NCBI RefSeq assembly: GCF_001194135.2
Contig: NC_068982.1
Coordinates: forward strand, 96,463,226 to 96,527,225
From: Octopus bimaculoides
Taxonomy: Eukaryota
DNA: 64,000 bases
Direction of reading: 5' to 3'
The notes beneath the pieces are model-generated. The model saw only the letters and a list, made by a program, of their open reading frames with translations, ran no database searches and was not told the DNA's origin. A program made the position numbers and the translations under genes. This document shows, in pieces, positions 12,622 through 25,319 of this stretch. Position 1 is the stretch's first letter, and each line of letters opens with the position of its first letter.

Positions 12622-12916
12622 GTCGTCGTCGTCATCGTTTAACGTCCGCTTTCCATGCTAGCATGGGTTGGACGATTTGACTGAGGTCTGGTGAAACCAG
12701 ATGGCTACACCAGGCTCCAATCTGATTTGGCAGAGTTTCTACAGCTGGATGCCCTTCCTAACGCCAACCACTCCAAGAGTGTAATGGGTGCTTTTACGTG
12801 TCACCCGCACGAAGGCCAGTCAGGCGGTACTGGCAACGGCCACGCTCAAAATGGTGCATTTCATGTGCCACCCGCACAAGAGCCAGTCCAGGGGCACTGG
12901 CAACGATCTTGCTCGA
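12622..12916 (-). mobile_element. RTE LINE 3' UTR (family C), young copy
   Basis: Close match to 17760-17970 and 63742-64000; about two 65-bp internal units. Confidence 0.85.
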
Positions 12917-13194
12917 AAAAAAAGAAAAAAATTATGGTAATAAAAAGATTAAGCAAGATTTGGCTGCTATTTCTCAGTTTGAATGTAAGTGTTATTATTG
13001 TTACTGATACAGTTGTAGTAAATAGGATTCTAATTATTATTTTTTTTTATGTGAATTTCCATCAAGTTCGTCAAGGTTACACTTTCAAACTTCAATTGTG
13101 CCATTGAAACTCTACAACAATATTCTCTAGTTCCTCTCCTCTAATGTTCATTTAATTCTCCATGTGTATCTTGATTTTCTTAGCTCAAGAATGC

Positions 13195-13508
13195 TTATTG
13201 TGGATTGTTGTTATTTACAGTTCTATATTTAAGAGATGAGGAATTATGTACATTATTTACATTTGATGGATATTTGTCCTCATCTTGTTTGTTGTTAACA
13301 CAACGTTTTGGCTGATATACCCTCCAGTCTTCGTCAGGTGTCTTGAGGAAATTTTGAACCTGGGTTCTCATTCCGAAAGCATTTTTTGATGTCGTTGTTG
13401 TTATTATTATTATCATTATTATTATTAAGGTCACTGCCTGGAATCGAACTTGGAATGTTGGTTAGTAGCCTGCGTTCTTAACCACTACGCCATATGCCCG
13501 TGGCATAT
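13195..13508 (-). mobile_element. Composite element: tRNA-like Pol III head, AAT-rich linker, HHR-bearing PLE-like body
   Basis: Minus strand: A box tggcgtagtgg, B box gttcgattcc (13430-13499), then gacac CTGACGA a gactg..cagcc aaaa cg tt gtgtt. Confidence 0.7.
13297..13342 (-). ncRNA. Minimal type I hammerhead motif, G12 mutated in this copy
   Basis: Stem I gacac/gtgtt; core CUGACGA; stem II gactg/cagcc with one mismatch; AAAA instead of GAAA; palindromic ACGU stem III; GUU triplet. Confidence 0.6.
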
Positions 13509-13657
13509 AACGATGTTATTTAGTCAGGTTAAAATTGATTTACTGACCTGTGATCAACCAAAGGACTTTTAATTATGGCCATTTTATCCTTTTGTCAGGT
13601 GTTACTTAATTTTGACTGGGTTATTCATTATGTCCTATTTCAAGAGGATTGTAAGTA

Positions 13658-14510
13658 TTGGGTCATCCCATAAATAATGCAGTTTTTTCAATTGCATGAA
13701 CTAAAAGTCAGAGGGGGACAGAATAAGATACCCACATCAACTTGCTATAAAAGCAGGTAGTAATTTTACCTTGTACTTATTCTTAGTGCAAGTTTTGAAG
13801 AGTGCAGTTCATTTTTAACAGTTATTTTTGCAAAGCTATAATGGAAGTGACAAAGGAGCATATTCAGCATATTTTGCTTCATGAGTTCAATAAAGGTAAC
13901 AATGCAATGGAAAGTATGCGGAATATTAATGCAATATATAAGGGTTGAACAATAAGCACAAGCCAGTGTCAATGGTGGTTCCAGAAATTCTGAGCTGGAA
14001 ACTACAGCCTAGAGGATGAGCCTCAAGGATGTCCTGCAAACTGTTGAGGTGCTAGCGAGCAGCTTGTGCAGCTTAAGTCAGCACTAGAAGAAAAACGACC
14101 ATCTTTGGTTTCAAGACAAAAGGTGTCTTTCCATAAGGATAATGCTTAGCCATATATAGCGAGGATGACATTCCAAAGGCTGGAGCAGTTTGAATGGGAA
14201 ATGATGCTCATCCATCATATTCACCAAACATTGCCCCATCTGATAATCATTTATTCCGCAGTCTTCAAAATCATTTGGACGGAAAAAATATGAATTCTGT
14301 AGATGAGGTCAGAATAGTACTGGGGGAGTATTTTTCATTATGGACAAGCGGATTTTGGAAGAGGGTCTTTGCAAGTCTGCCAGCTAGATGGAAGAGCATT
14401 GTAGAAAATGAAGGACAGTATATTTTGGATTAAAAAAGAACTTTATCTTAATTTTGAAAAATAAAAAAAAAGTATTTTTAAAAAAATGCATTATTTATGG
14501 GATGACCCAG
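13658..14510 (+). mobile_element. Internally deleted mariner transposon, 853 bp, TA-flanked
   Basis: TIR ttgggtcatcccataaataatgc vs gcattatttatgggatgacccag (22/23 match); TA at 13656-57 and 14511-12. Confidence 0.95.
13841..14433 (+). pseudogene. mariner transposase remnant (Hsmar1/SETMAR-like)
   Basis: MEVTKEHIQHILLHEFNKG...QWWFQKF*AGNYSLEDEP jumps to LVQLKSALEEKRP..FHKDNA*P..HPSYSPNIAPSDNHLFRSLQNHL; stops, a frameshift and a central deletion. Confidence 0.9.
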
Positions 14511-16175
14511 TAATTTGAAGGATATTTAGCTCCTTTTTCTAGAACGTCTCAAGCAATGATATAGAAGCTCTCTCATTACCTCAGTGCCATTGTCTGTCAG
14601 CTGATTTTTGGAAGACCAACAAATATTCATTTTTTTCATAAAAACTTGACTGAATTCTGCTTTTTTATCCTGTTAATTTATGAAAGGTAACATTTATCTT
14701 ATAACTAAAAGTGGCTTCCACGCAGTCTTTCTATGTTGTGTCTCTATAATTTTTATGGAGATTTTTGCAAGCAGAAAGATTGTCGAAGTCATTTTGGTTC
14801 AAAGAATAAATTCTCTCCACAGTAGGTGAAGCAGTGAGTTAAACATGAAAAACAAAGTTTTGCACTTGTAATGGCTTCATGCATGACCTTCAACTTTTGA
14901 CACATATCATTCACATAGCAGTTGACATCAAACATACATACAAAGGGATTTAACCCGTTCACACAATGTTTGGTTATACATGTAGGTGAAGAAAAAAAAA
15001 AGGACTTGGTACATATAAGAGTTTATTTATTCATTGGAATAAATCTCTGCTCAATTTTTTGTCATAGTTTATCCTTTAGGCACAAAAGAAGAAAAAGATA
15101 TTTCTAATTTGATCTTAGATTTGATATACTATACAAAGTCAAAACAGAAATATCACACACACATGCATGTGCACATGGAAAGAGTTGAAGTGTATCTGAA
15201 ATATTTTAATTTATTTACATTCTCTCTTAATGCTGGGTTCTGTGAAACAGTGCTGGTGTATCTTTTCTGTATTTATTTTATGTCTAATCGTTATAGATTT
15301 TTGTTTGAATAAATGGAGAAATTAGTCATTGAAATCCTATTCTAAATAATTTTCTGAGTATATGTATATATATAATGTGTGTGTATGAGGTGAAATGGAA
15401 ATGAAAAGAAAAACTCTGAAAAAGGAAGAGGGGAAAAAAAAGGATCATGTCTTGCTGTAAATACAGTATTGTGTGGCTGCCTGTATCATATTTAACTATG
15501 GCATAATAACTAAAGTACTATGTACCTTAATCATTTAGCATTGGCACAATAACTATAGTTCTGTATACTTTTATCTCATTACGTGTGATGTAATAACCAT
15601 ATAGGCATCTCCTGCATTATGGAAAGTTGTGGTCTTAGAAGTTTGTGTTGCAATGTGGAGTTTTGTAACATGGAAAGTACTATCCCCTTCTCCCCCACAC
15701 AAATTTGAGGCCTTATGTTTATAGCAGAAAGGAGTATTAAGTGAAGATGCTGTTTAACCCCAGGTCAGATTTGATTGGTTTTGCCTTTGGCAGCCATGAT
15801 CATTTTGACTTTTTTTCTTTAGACATGGTGTAGCTAAGACTACATTTTCCTATGTGGCTTTCCATTTTCAATACAATACATTGAAGAAGGTTACTCATTG
15901 CTTTTATCTGTTTGGAAATACAGCTCAAATTAGTTTAATTTTGATCCCAATAAAGATAAATTTAGACAAACATTAAATGTTTACTTTTTAGCATGCAAGA
16001 GGACCTTCAATTTATTAGATCGAAGATCTTCATTTGAGTTTTAAAAAGGATAATCAGTTAATCCATTTATCTTTGCAAGACAGGTTAACATTTGTTATAT
16101 TGATTGATTTTGCTCTTCATATTTTAAACAATCAGACTCTGTTTCATTAAATTCATTACATTGTGAAGTGTTTAA

Positions 16176-16453
16176 CCCATTACCTACCAGTGATCTCAAA
16201 TGAGATCACTCAAAAATTACAAATTTCGTAATTATCTGTCAATATTTACACATATCTAACCTTTTTGCTATATCTACTAGGTATATTTCTCTGATATTCA
16301 AATGAGGTTTGCTAATTTTTCACCCAATATCTCGCTTATTTCTATTTAAAATGTTATTTTGATCATTCCAGCGTGTTTCTAAGGCTGTTTTATGCTAGAA
16401 ATCAAAGTTTCATAAAAAAAATTCCAGTTAATAGAATTATGGGAAGTAATGGG
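16176..16453. mobile_element. Second piggyBac-like TTAA MITE family (278 bp)
   Basis: TTAA|cccattacctacc ... gggaagtaatggg|TTAA (11/13 TIR match). Confidence 0.75.
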
Positions 16454-17502
16454 TTAATAATATGGGTGTACTTGGCAGTATAGTATGAGTTAATCGATTG
16501 TTTTCAAGTTTGAAATATTGGATAGAACTATCTACAGTTCTATCCAAAATGCCTACCATCATCACCATTTATTACTATACCTTTTTTCAGACACAACACC
16601 TATGTAACAAAGAACTATCTTATTCAATACCTCTATCATTCACTCTTTTTTTATTACTAACCATCATCTTCTCTCACCTTATCACACTTCATTTACATCC
16701 AACACTTTTTACCAATACCCATCTTTATTTTTGTACGGTTCAATTCAGGTACCTGATGTTGATAAACCACAAAAATGGTGACATGTCTGTATCCATCACT
16801 CCTGAATGGGATTGGAGGCAAGTTGTCTTGCCTGTCTATGACTTTCAGGTGTTTAGCACCCAACGTTATGAGGTAGTTGTCTCCAAAATGCTATACTGCA
16901 GCAAACAAGCAAAATACATATATTGAGTATGTACTATCAAAAATGTTTACAACACTAGTACTGTTTTTAATTCATAATAAAATGATGTATAATATATTGC
17001 ATTTAGCTCCATTAAAATAGGAACATAGTTAACTATTTCTGTTTGCCAGTCTACACTAATGTCAGTGACTTTGTTTTTAAAGAAGGATAATAGGGTTGTT
17101 ATGGGCTAAATGTAGGTGATACTACTACCTTAATAACTAAACAGCCATCTAGACATAGACTTTCATTTTTTTGTTAATTTATGAAGAGGAAGTAAATAAA
17201 TTAGCACTGTGATCCTCATTGTTATGGTGAGCATGTATGTGTGCGTGCATATATATATATAAAGAGAGATATATAAACATGCTAAGTGTTCAAGGTATTT
17301 TTATGAGGATGGGCTACAATTATATGTACTATGTACAAATGTAATGCACACGTGTGTATGAGTATATATGTTACAATAGGTATTATCCAGTTATACATCA
17401 CACAACCAGTAATACACTGCTCGACAATATTTCAAAATATTACTGCTTTATTATACTGTGTTATTTTCCTGACTTATGGGCAATTTTCTGATTTTATATA
17501 TA

Positions 17503-17555
<53 letters not shown>

Positions 17556-17970
17556 GTGCTGTGCGTGAGAAGACCCGGCAAGCCAAGTAAGATCGTTGCC
17601 AGTGCCCCTGGACTGGTTCTTGTGCGGGTGGCACATGAGATGCACCATTTTGAGCNNNNNNNNNNNNNNNNNNNNNNNNNNNNNNNNNNNNNNNNNNNNN
17701 NNNNNNNNNNNNNNNNNNNNNNNNNNNNNNNNNNCTTGTGCGGGTGGCACATAAAAGACACCATTTCGAGCGTGGCCGTTTTCGTGCGGGTGACACGTAA
17801 AAGCACCCACTACACTCTCTGAGTGGTTGGCGTTAGGAAGGGCATCCAGCTGTAGAAACTCTGCCAAATTAGACTGGAGCCTGGTGTTGCCATCCGGTTT
17901 CACCAGTCCTCAGTCAAATCGTCCAACCCATGCTAGCATGGAAAGCGGACGTTAAACGATGATGATGATG
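17556..17970 (+). mobile_element. 5'-truncated RTE LINE: ORF end plus repeat-containing 3' UTR
   Basis: Starts CAVREKTRQAK*, followed by 65-bp units (N gap inside) and a (GAT)n tail. Confidence 0.8.
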
Positions 17971-19149
17971 ATATATATATAGTTCAAAAAAACAATAACA
18001 AAAAGACAACAAAGTGAGGATGTGATACGGATAGTGTTATTGGACGCTCCGGGAAAGGAAAGTCAAGGAACACAATTGTTACACATAGTTTTAATCATAC
18101 AGAGCGAAGGAGCTGAATATATTGTTACTACTTATTTCATCAATTTTAGAAGAATAAATAGTTGACTCTAGCTGAATTTGATTTTTTGAATTGAATTGCA
18201 GATGAAGAAAGCTAAATGACTTATATCATTTTCACCAACTTGCTGCCCGTCATTCTCAAAGTTATTGAAAGGCATTGATGTATTTAGACTAGGTCCAGTG
18301 AATTCTCCATTACTTTTGAATAAGAGTACTGCATCCTACAAACTTCTACATAATTTTTATCCATACAGTTGCATTCACAAAGCTTGGATTACCCTGAGGG
18401 TATTTGCCTAAGATACCTGGGACTACGTAATTGTGAAATGAACCTACATGTTCATGCACATATGCATCCCCATTAGTGTATACACACATACATTGCTACA
18501 GGTAAAGACTATGTGGTATCTACATATTGGACTTCTCACTCACATTTCTAAATCTGAACTGTCATATATACCGTGTACAAAAATAAAGCATGTACCCACC
18601 AATGAATGTGTAGTTCACAACTAAGCCCAACATACATTATCACTCATGGTTTCATTTAGACATGCATACACACACTCAGATATTTTTTTATGAGACACAC
18701 ACAAGTACCATCTTTATGTATTCTTTTTCCCCAAACAACTTCCTCTTTTATGTACTTAGGGAGCAACCTACTGTTGTTGTTTGGTTCCAGATCAGGTTAG
18801 ACCTGGTTGAGCAAACTTGTGATTAAAGGCATTCTAGTCATGACTATAGCATCTTTTCAGAGGTTTGTATATTATTTAATATATCCTTATTTAGAATAGT
18901 AGGGTGTGATTGAAAGAAATTTGTTTGATATTTCTTGCAGCTCTAGCAAGCACATAAAATCTTTCTTTGCTTGTACAGTCATGTAGTTCCACTTACTGTT
19001 GAAACCATAGTAGGCTGCAAATGTAGCTTGGCTGTCAACAATGAACACACACCTACAATTACATATATACATGCATACATATATACACTAATGCATGTGC
19101 ACATGCAAACCAGCTTCATATATTATTAAGTGTCTCCTTAATTCCACCA

Positions 19150-19880
19150 ATGAATAGTATTTACTGAATAAAATTGCTACATGTCACATAGATTCTTTGT
19201 CAACCACTTTCTGTAAGTAATTTACTGATGTAATCTCCATTATCATTCTTTAAATGGATCTTGTATTTTTAGGATAAACACTTTGTGTCTTGTCATCAGC
19301 GGTGAATAGTGTAGTGACTGTGATAAAGGGACTCATTTCTCTACTGGCCCAGCCCACTTAACAGAAAGTGGACAACATAAAGAAAAATTGGTCCCTCTAC
19401 AAAAATTGACTTAGACTTTTTTTTTAGTTAACAATGTTGACTTATCATTTATACTGTGGATTAAACTGGAGAAAAGATGGGTTCTGCAGAAGTAAACTCC
19501 TAAGTATGATACACAAAGACGTTTCATATTCACTTTAAGGCTTAAAAGGCGTTATAGATAGAACTCAATATTGTTATCTTGTATATAACTTTCTATACAA
19601 TGACAGGATAGCTTGTCAGTTCCAACAATTATGTTTTATCAAACATCAATAATTCTATGCAGCATGCTATCACTGATTTTTTTTGGTTGTTTCAGTAAAG
19701 GTCTCGTTATCTGTCATTTTAAATAGCAATTCATCATTAGAGGCTATGGTCATTCTGTGACTGATATTAATGGGGTAATCAATTTCAGCCAAAAATACTA
19801 GATATGTTCTTTCTTTGTGTCACACTAACACTTTTCTTACTGAGTCAATTCTTGCCAATGTTGGTCTCTTTGAATACTAA
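19150..19880 (-). pseudogene. Highly decayed hAT (ZBED1/Ac-like) transposase fossil
   Basis: GWASREMSPFITVT followed by frameshifted HY matches the catalytic motif D.WTSR....Y.TVT.H(F/Y); upstream CRTHLFSSLI resembles PSRTHF....IP; many stops. Confidence 0.5.
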
Positions 19881-20025
19881 TGTTTATATGTTCATGTAAC
19901 ATAAGTACCTATCAGTTTCTGTACTCATCCTGTCAGTATCTTATAATGCACAATAACTGTGTATGTGTGTAAATAAGGAATAGCATTTCTTTCTTATATA
20001 TTGTGTTTATATCTGTGTGCATACA

Positions 20026-20056
<31 letters not shown>

Positions 20057-20278
20057 TATGGAGATGTTGAAACACCAATATATGTCTGTCCATAAATATA
20101 TGTATACACAAACACAATATATGTGCGCACACACACAAATATATACATGCCTGCATGTCAACACATTCTCACTAATTAAGAGGTGAGTAAATCTCACCTA
20201 TGCCAGCATGGAAATCAGATATTATAACATTCATGCTGATTATTGTTATTGTTATTATTACTACTACTACTACTATTA

Positions 20279-20955
20279 TTAAAGCAGCAAGCTGGCAGAA
20301 TCATAAGTATGCTGGACAAAATGCTGAGCAGCAAACTTATTGTCCATCGTTACATTCTGAGTTCAAATTCCTCCAAGCTCAGTTTGACTTTCATCCTTTT
20401 GGGGTTGATAAAATAAGTACAAGTTGAGCACTGAAGTTGATGTAATCAACTTATTCCCTCCTATGAAAATGCTAGCCTTGTGCCAAAATTTGAGACCTTT
20501 ATCGTCGTTGTCAAAACAGCAAGCTGGTAGAATTGTTAGCATGTCAAACAAAATGCCTAGTAGCATTTCCTTCATCTCTTTACATACTGAGTTCAAATTC
20601 CACTATAGTTGACTTTACCTTTCATCCTTTCAGAGTCAATAAAATAAATACCAACCCAGCACTGGAGTCAATGTAATCAACTTACCCCCTCACCCCAAAT
20701 TTCATAATATAATGTGCTTATATTAGAAAGAATTATTATTATAAAGGCAGTGAGCTGGTTGAATCATTATCATGTCAGACAAAACTGTTTAGCAGCATTT
20801 TAGTGTTTTACATTCTGGGTTCAAATTCTGCTGAAGTTGATTTAGCTTTTCATCCTTTCAGGGTTAATAAAATAACATAAATAGCAGTCATGTACTGGCA
20901 ACATTGTAATCAACTCATCCTCTTCCCAAAACTTCAGGTCTTGTGCCTATTTTTA
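20279..20955 (+). mobile_element. Head-to-tail array of three SINE family D copies
   Basis: Units start near 20279, 20513 and 20742, each with aagcagcaagctgg head, ctttcatccttt core and gccttgtgcc-type tail. Confidence 0.8.
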
Positions 20956-23900
20956 AATTATCCTTATTTTTATTGTGTAACCAGTTCCATGTCCATTGTG
21001 TACATGCCATGTTTTGTTCTCACATTTTTATAAATTCAAGAACTGTTATGAAGATCGATTCTGTTTCCAGTGACCATATTCTAGATGTCTCTTTCTAAAT
21101 CATACCTATATCCATTTCTACTTTCTCCACCTCCTTCTTCTTCCACTTCCCCTCTTCCTCTTGTTTCTTATTCAAATATTTATCATCTAACATCTTGCTA
21201 TATTTTAAAACTGTGTAATATATTGAAAGCAAAGATTAACTGAGTTGCAATTCTCAGTTGAAGTCAGTTCATTTTAAACTTAGAAAGTTTGGAAATATCA
21301 GACAGACTAATTCTTACAAATATATCTTGTTCTTTGAGTCTGGTCCGTAGTCAAAACATTTATTTTATACACATTGCTAAATGTAATATATTCTATTAAT
21401 CAATCACTGTTGTCTTAGATACAAGCATTTCTATATCACTCCGACACCATTTAGAGTTTGTTGCTACAGTTGTAAACTCTGAGAAACCATGTATGTATAT
21501 ATATCTATATACATGTGTGTGTGTGTACACACGCATGCACATACCAGTTGCATTTCCTGGAATAAAATGTATTATGACTCAGACATAGAAATGAACTCAA
21601 ATAAATCAGATTTTAATAACAAAAAGAAATCTTTCATTTTTATGAGAGGCAACTGGAAAAGTGGTACATACATGCTACATTATACACCTCGTGTGGTACT
21701 TATATGGTTTACATTTCTAGATTTGAATGCTGTGGCTTAACTACCAAGAGTTGCTCCTGATGCACGTGTGCATTACACACACACATTTTTTTTTGTCTTT
21801 TGTTTTTTCTAAATACATTTTATGTATGTATATCAACTGACTTTTCATCTGATCTAGGAAAGAATTAGAAATGTTAGGTATGTTCAGGGAGAAATTTGAC
21901 CTGAATTTTCAGGGAAATCTAGGTCATGTTTGGATAAGCACACTGATTGCCAGAAAACTACCTGTTTACTTATGTTTAACTGTTTGTCAGTGGGGTGGTG
22001 TTGGAGGTGGTGGTATTTGCGAATGAATTGTATAACTGTTGAATATCTTTTGACTGTCTCATGTCTGTCTATAGCTTCTTGATTATTACCTAATGTTGGC
22101 TGTGGCTAAGCTAGTCTTTCATTAGGGTCACTTGTAAAATCACTTGTAAATTTGAAAGAAAACATGTTGGCAACATTATCGTCATCACCAGCACCATCTT
22201 TATCTGCATCATCATCTACACTACCACCACCACCACCACCACCATCATTGTTCTCAGCAGTTGTAAGTTTGTCACATCCATATCTTACAGTAACATCCAA
22301 ATTCCCATAATGGCATTTACAAGCCTTATTCTATGTAACTTCATTCATTGCTTTACCCTAATTATAATCACTAGAGTTATCATCTATCTGTTTAGGTGGT
22401 GATAAGGACAAGTTTGTTGCCTAATTAAAAACAGGCTATGAACTCTGCCAGAATTGACTTTTCATCCTGCTATGTTCAATAACCAAAGAATGAAATGGAG
22501 GTTTTATATAACTGTTAAGAATAGCAATGTATCTTCCTTGTTTTAAATGGATACTGGATGATGTAGTCTTAAATATACTGTCTGAAAAAAGACTTGATAG
22601 TTACAGGTGGAATGTTTTTGATCATAGGCCTATTCCATCAGGAATTATCTGGGGCTAAACAGCAATAATAACAAATATTTGAATATGCTATCTTACAACC
22701 GTATCTATCTACCCTTGAGCCTTGTTAAAACAAAATGTTCATTATTTTTTTCCCCCCAGTTGTTATTATAATAATTTCGCTTTTATGATAATTGTCAGAA
22801 AACTTCTAACAGTGAAGGATTCTGAAAATATTTTTATTTTCATTAATATTTCTATGATATTGTTGATCTGGAATAACCAAAATCCCAATGGTTTATGCCT
22901 ACTAAAAACAACTGTGAAATGCATTGAAGATAATGTCACAAAGACAAATTTTCTGTTTACATTTGTTTCATTGTATAATTAGTCTGAGAGAGGACAGTGA
23001 AGTGTGGGAAATGGTAGGAAACAAGATTAAATGTTTTACAGTATTTAGTTACGTCCTTTTACTTTCTGGTTTTAAATCTCTCTGGGCTTTATTTCTTTCC
23101 ATCTCTACATGGTCAATAAAATAAGTACCAGTAGTGTACTGGAATTGATTCACTTGACTATATCAAACACCACCACCTCTAACATATTGTTGGCTTTTTA
23201 GCAAAATTAGAACTTCAGTGAAAGTGGTAAGTCAAGAGAAATAATAGAATGCCAGATTATTTATTATACAGTACTGTTGTATACTTGTTCCTTTTGAGTT
23301 CAAATCACATTAGTGTTCGGCCCTAGTAGAATTTACTTACATAACATAGGTACAGGCATGGCTGTGCAGTTAAGAAGCTTGCTTTGCAACCATGTGGCTT
23401 TAGGTTCAGTTCCATTGTGCAGTTCCTTGGGCAAGTATCTTCTACTATAGCTCTAGGCTTTCCAATGCCTTGTCACTAAATTTCATAGATGGAAACTATA
23501 TGGAAGCCCATTGTGTATATGATTATACACATGATGTGTCTTTGTGTTTGTCACTCCCACTGCTTGGCAATAGGTATTGGTTCGTTTATTTCCTTGTAAC
23601 TTAGCTCAGCAAAAGAAACCAATAGAATAAGTACCAGAGTTAAAAAAATAAGTTCTGGATGTGATTTGCTTGACTAAACCTTTCAAGGCAGTACCCTTGA
23701 AACAATTAGAAGATAACAGTAAAAATCAGGTAACAAAACTTTTGGCTTTTGGTTCTAATGATTGTAAAAGCATGGGTTTGGTTCACTACAGTGTCTGTTC
23801 CTTTGATATATGTAAGTAAAAGTACTGTCTTGAATCCTAGGATTCATAGGGTTGGTCACTCGGTTTCTATGGTCTATAAATGATCAAGATCACACTATTC

Positions 23901-24082
23901 TCCTTGAATGGAATGCCAGTCAATTGTAGGGTTACTCATTGACAGCTGAGTGGACTGGTGCAATGGGAAATGAAATGTTTTGCTTGAGAAGACAATGCAC
24001 TGCCTGGTTTAAGAATTGAAACCATAGTCTTATAATCATTAGTGAAAACACCCTAACCACAAAGGCCACATGCCTTCACTTG

Positions 24083-24196
<114 letters not shown>

Positions 24197-24204
24197 GTGT
24201 GTTA

Positions 24205-24341
24205 GTTAGATAGACCTGTAAGGAATTTCCTATTAGAAATTTTTCAGGCAGAGAAATGATATGATGTTATAACATATAGTAATATATTATTTCTTTGTCT
24301 GAAGAATTCCTAATAGGAAATTCCTTACTTGTCTATCTAAC
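24205..24341. repeat. Foldback inverted repeat: 53-bp arms, 31-nt spacer
   Basis: gttagatagacctgtaaggaatttcctattagaaatttttcaggcagagaaat vs reverse complement of 24289-24341, about 6 mismatches. Confidence 0.85.
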
Positions 24342-24551
24342 ATGTAAAACTTTGTAATTCTTATTAGCAAATGGGTCAAATGCTGAGCAGCAAACTTATT
24401 GTCCATCTTTACATTCTGAGTTCAAATTCCTCCAAGCTGAGCTTGGTCAATAAACAAAGTACCAGTGAAACACTGGGGTCGATGTAATCGACTTATCCTT
24501 TCTCCCAAAATGGCTGCTCTTGTTGCAAAATTTGAAACCCTCATCATTATT

Positions 24552-24586
<35 letters not shown>

Positions 24587-25246
24587 TATTATTATTGCCT
24601 ACTGGTGAGGGTGTTGCACTCACGATCTAGTGATTTCAATTCCTAGAACAGGTGGTGTGTTGTGTTCTTGAGCAAAACACTTCATCTTACATTGCTCTAC
24701 AATGACTTCAACACCTGATGCGTGGTACATCATGCACCTGTTCAGGCAACATCAGTTTTGATGGAAGGAGTGAGCTAATGTATGGCACATACATTTGATC
24801 ACTATAAACAATCATCTGTGCAGGTTGTTCTGGTAAAAAGCTGAACACTCATATGTCATCTTTGAAGGGAGAATCCATCATTGTTATGGGGGGGGGGGGG
24901 AGATTTAGTTGTATGTGTAAGAGTAATAAGAGGAGGAAGGTAGTTTGATTGTGGTTGGGGGATAAAATGTTTGCAAAGTGTTTTAAATAGGTCTGCTGTG
25001 TGTAGGAGGAAGGGGCAAATGACACACAATGGGAAGATGATGTTGGTGAATTAGGATTAAAAGTTTATACACTAGGATTAAAGGACTGGTTATTAAACTA
25101 TTAAGATTACAACAGGATGTTATTTGTTCATTCAGAGCAAAAATCTAGCAATCAAGAAAAATACATAAGACACATGAACAAAATTTCCAAATTTCCATAA
25201 TATAAGTAGCATTCTAAATTTAGTCTTGGTGGTAGTGATGGTGATG

Positions 25247-25279
<33 letters not shown>

Positions 25280-25319
25280 ATAGTAGTAGTAGTAGTAGTA
25301 GTAGTAGTAAAGCACTGGT

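Noticed and set aside
12691-13107. 138-aa ORF MKPDGYTRLQ..., with similar ORFs at 17451-17903 and 35480-35686
   Set aside because: These are antisense frames of the RTE 3' UTR repeat; their similarity to each other reflects the repeat, not a gene family.
16498-16926. 142-aa ORF and an internal 24-nt exon-like segment (16849-16872)
   Set aside because: Low-complexity CT-rich composition, no recognisable domain, and only a moderate donor (gtagtt).
22106-22300. Gly/Asp-rich ORF
   Set aside because: Derived from (CCA)n/(CAT)n triplet repeats.
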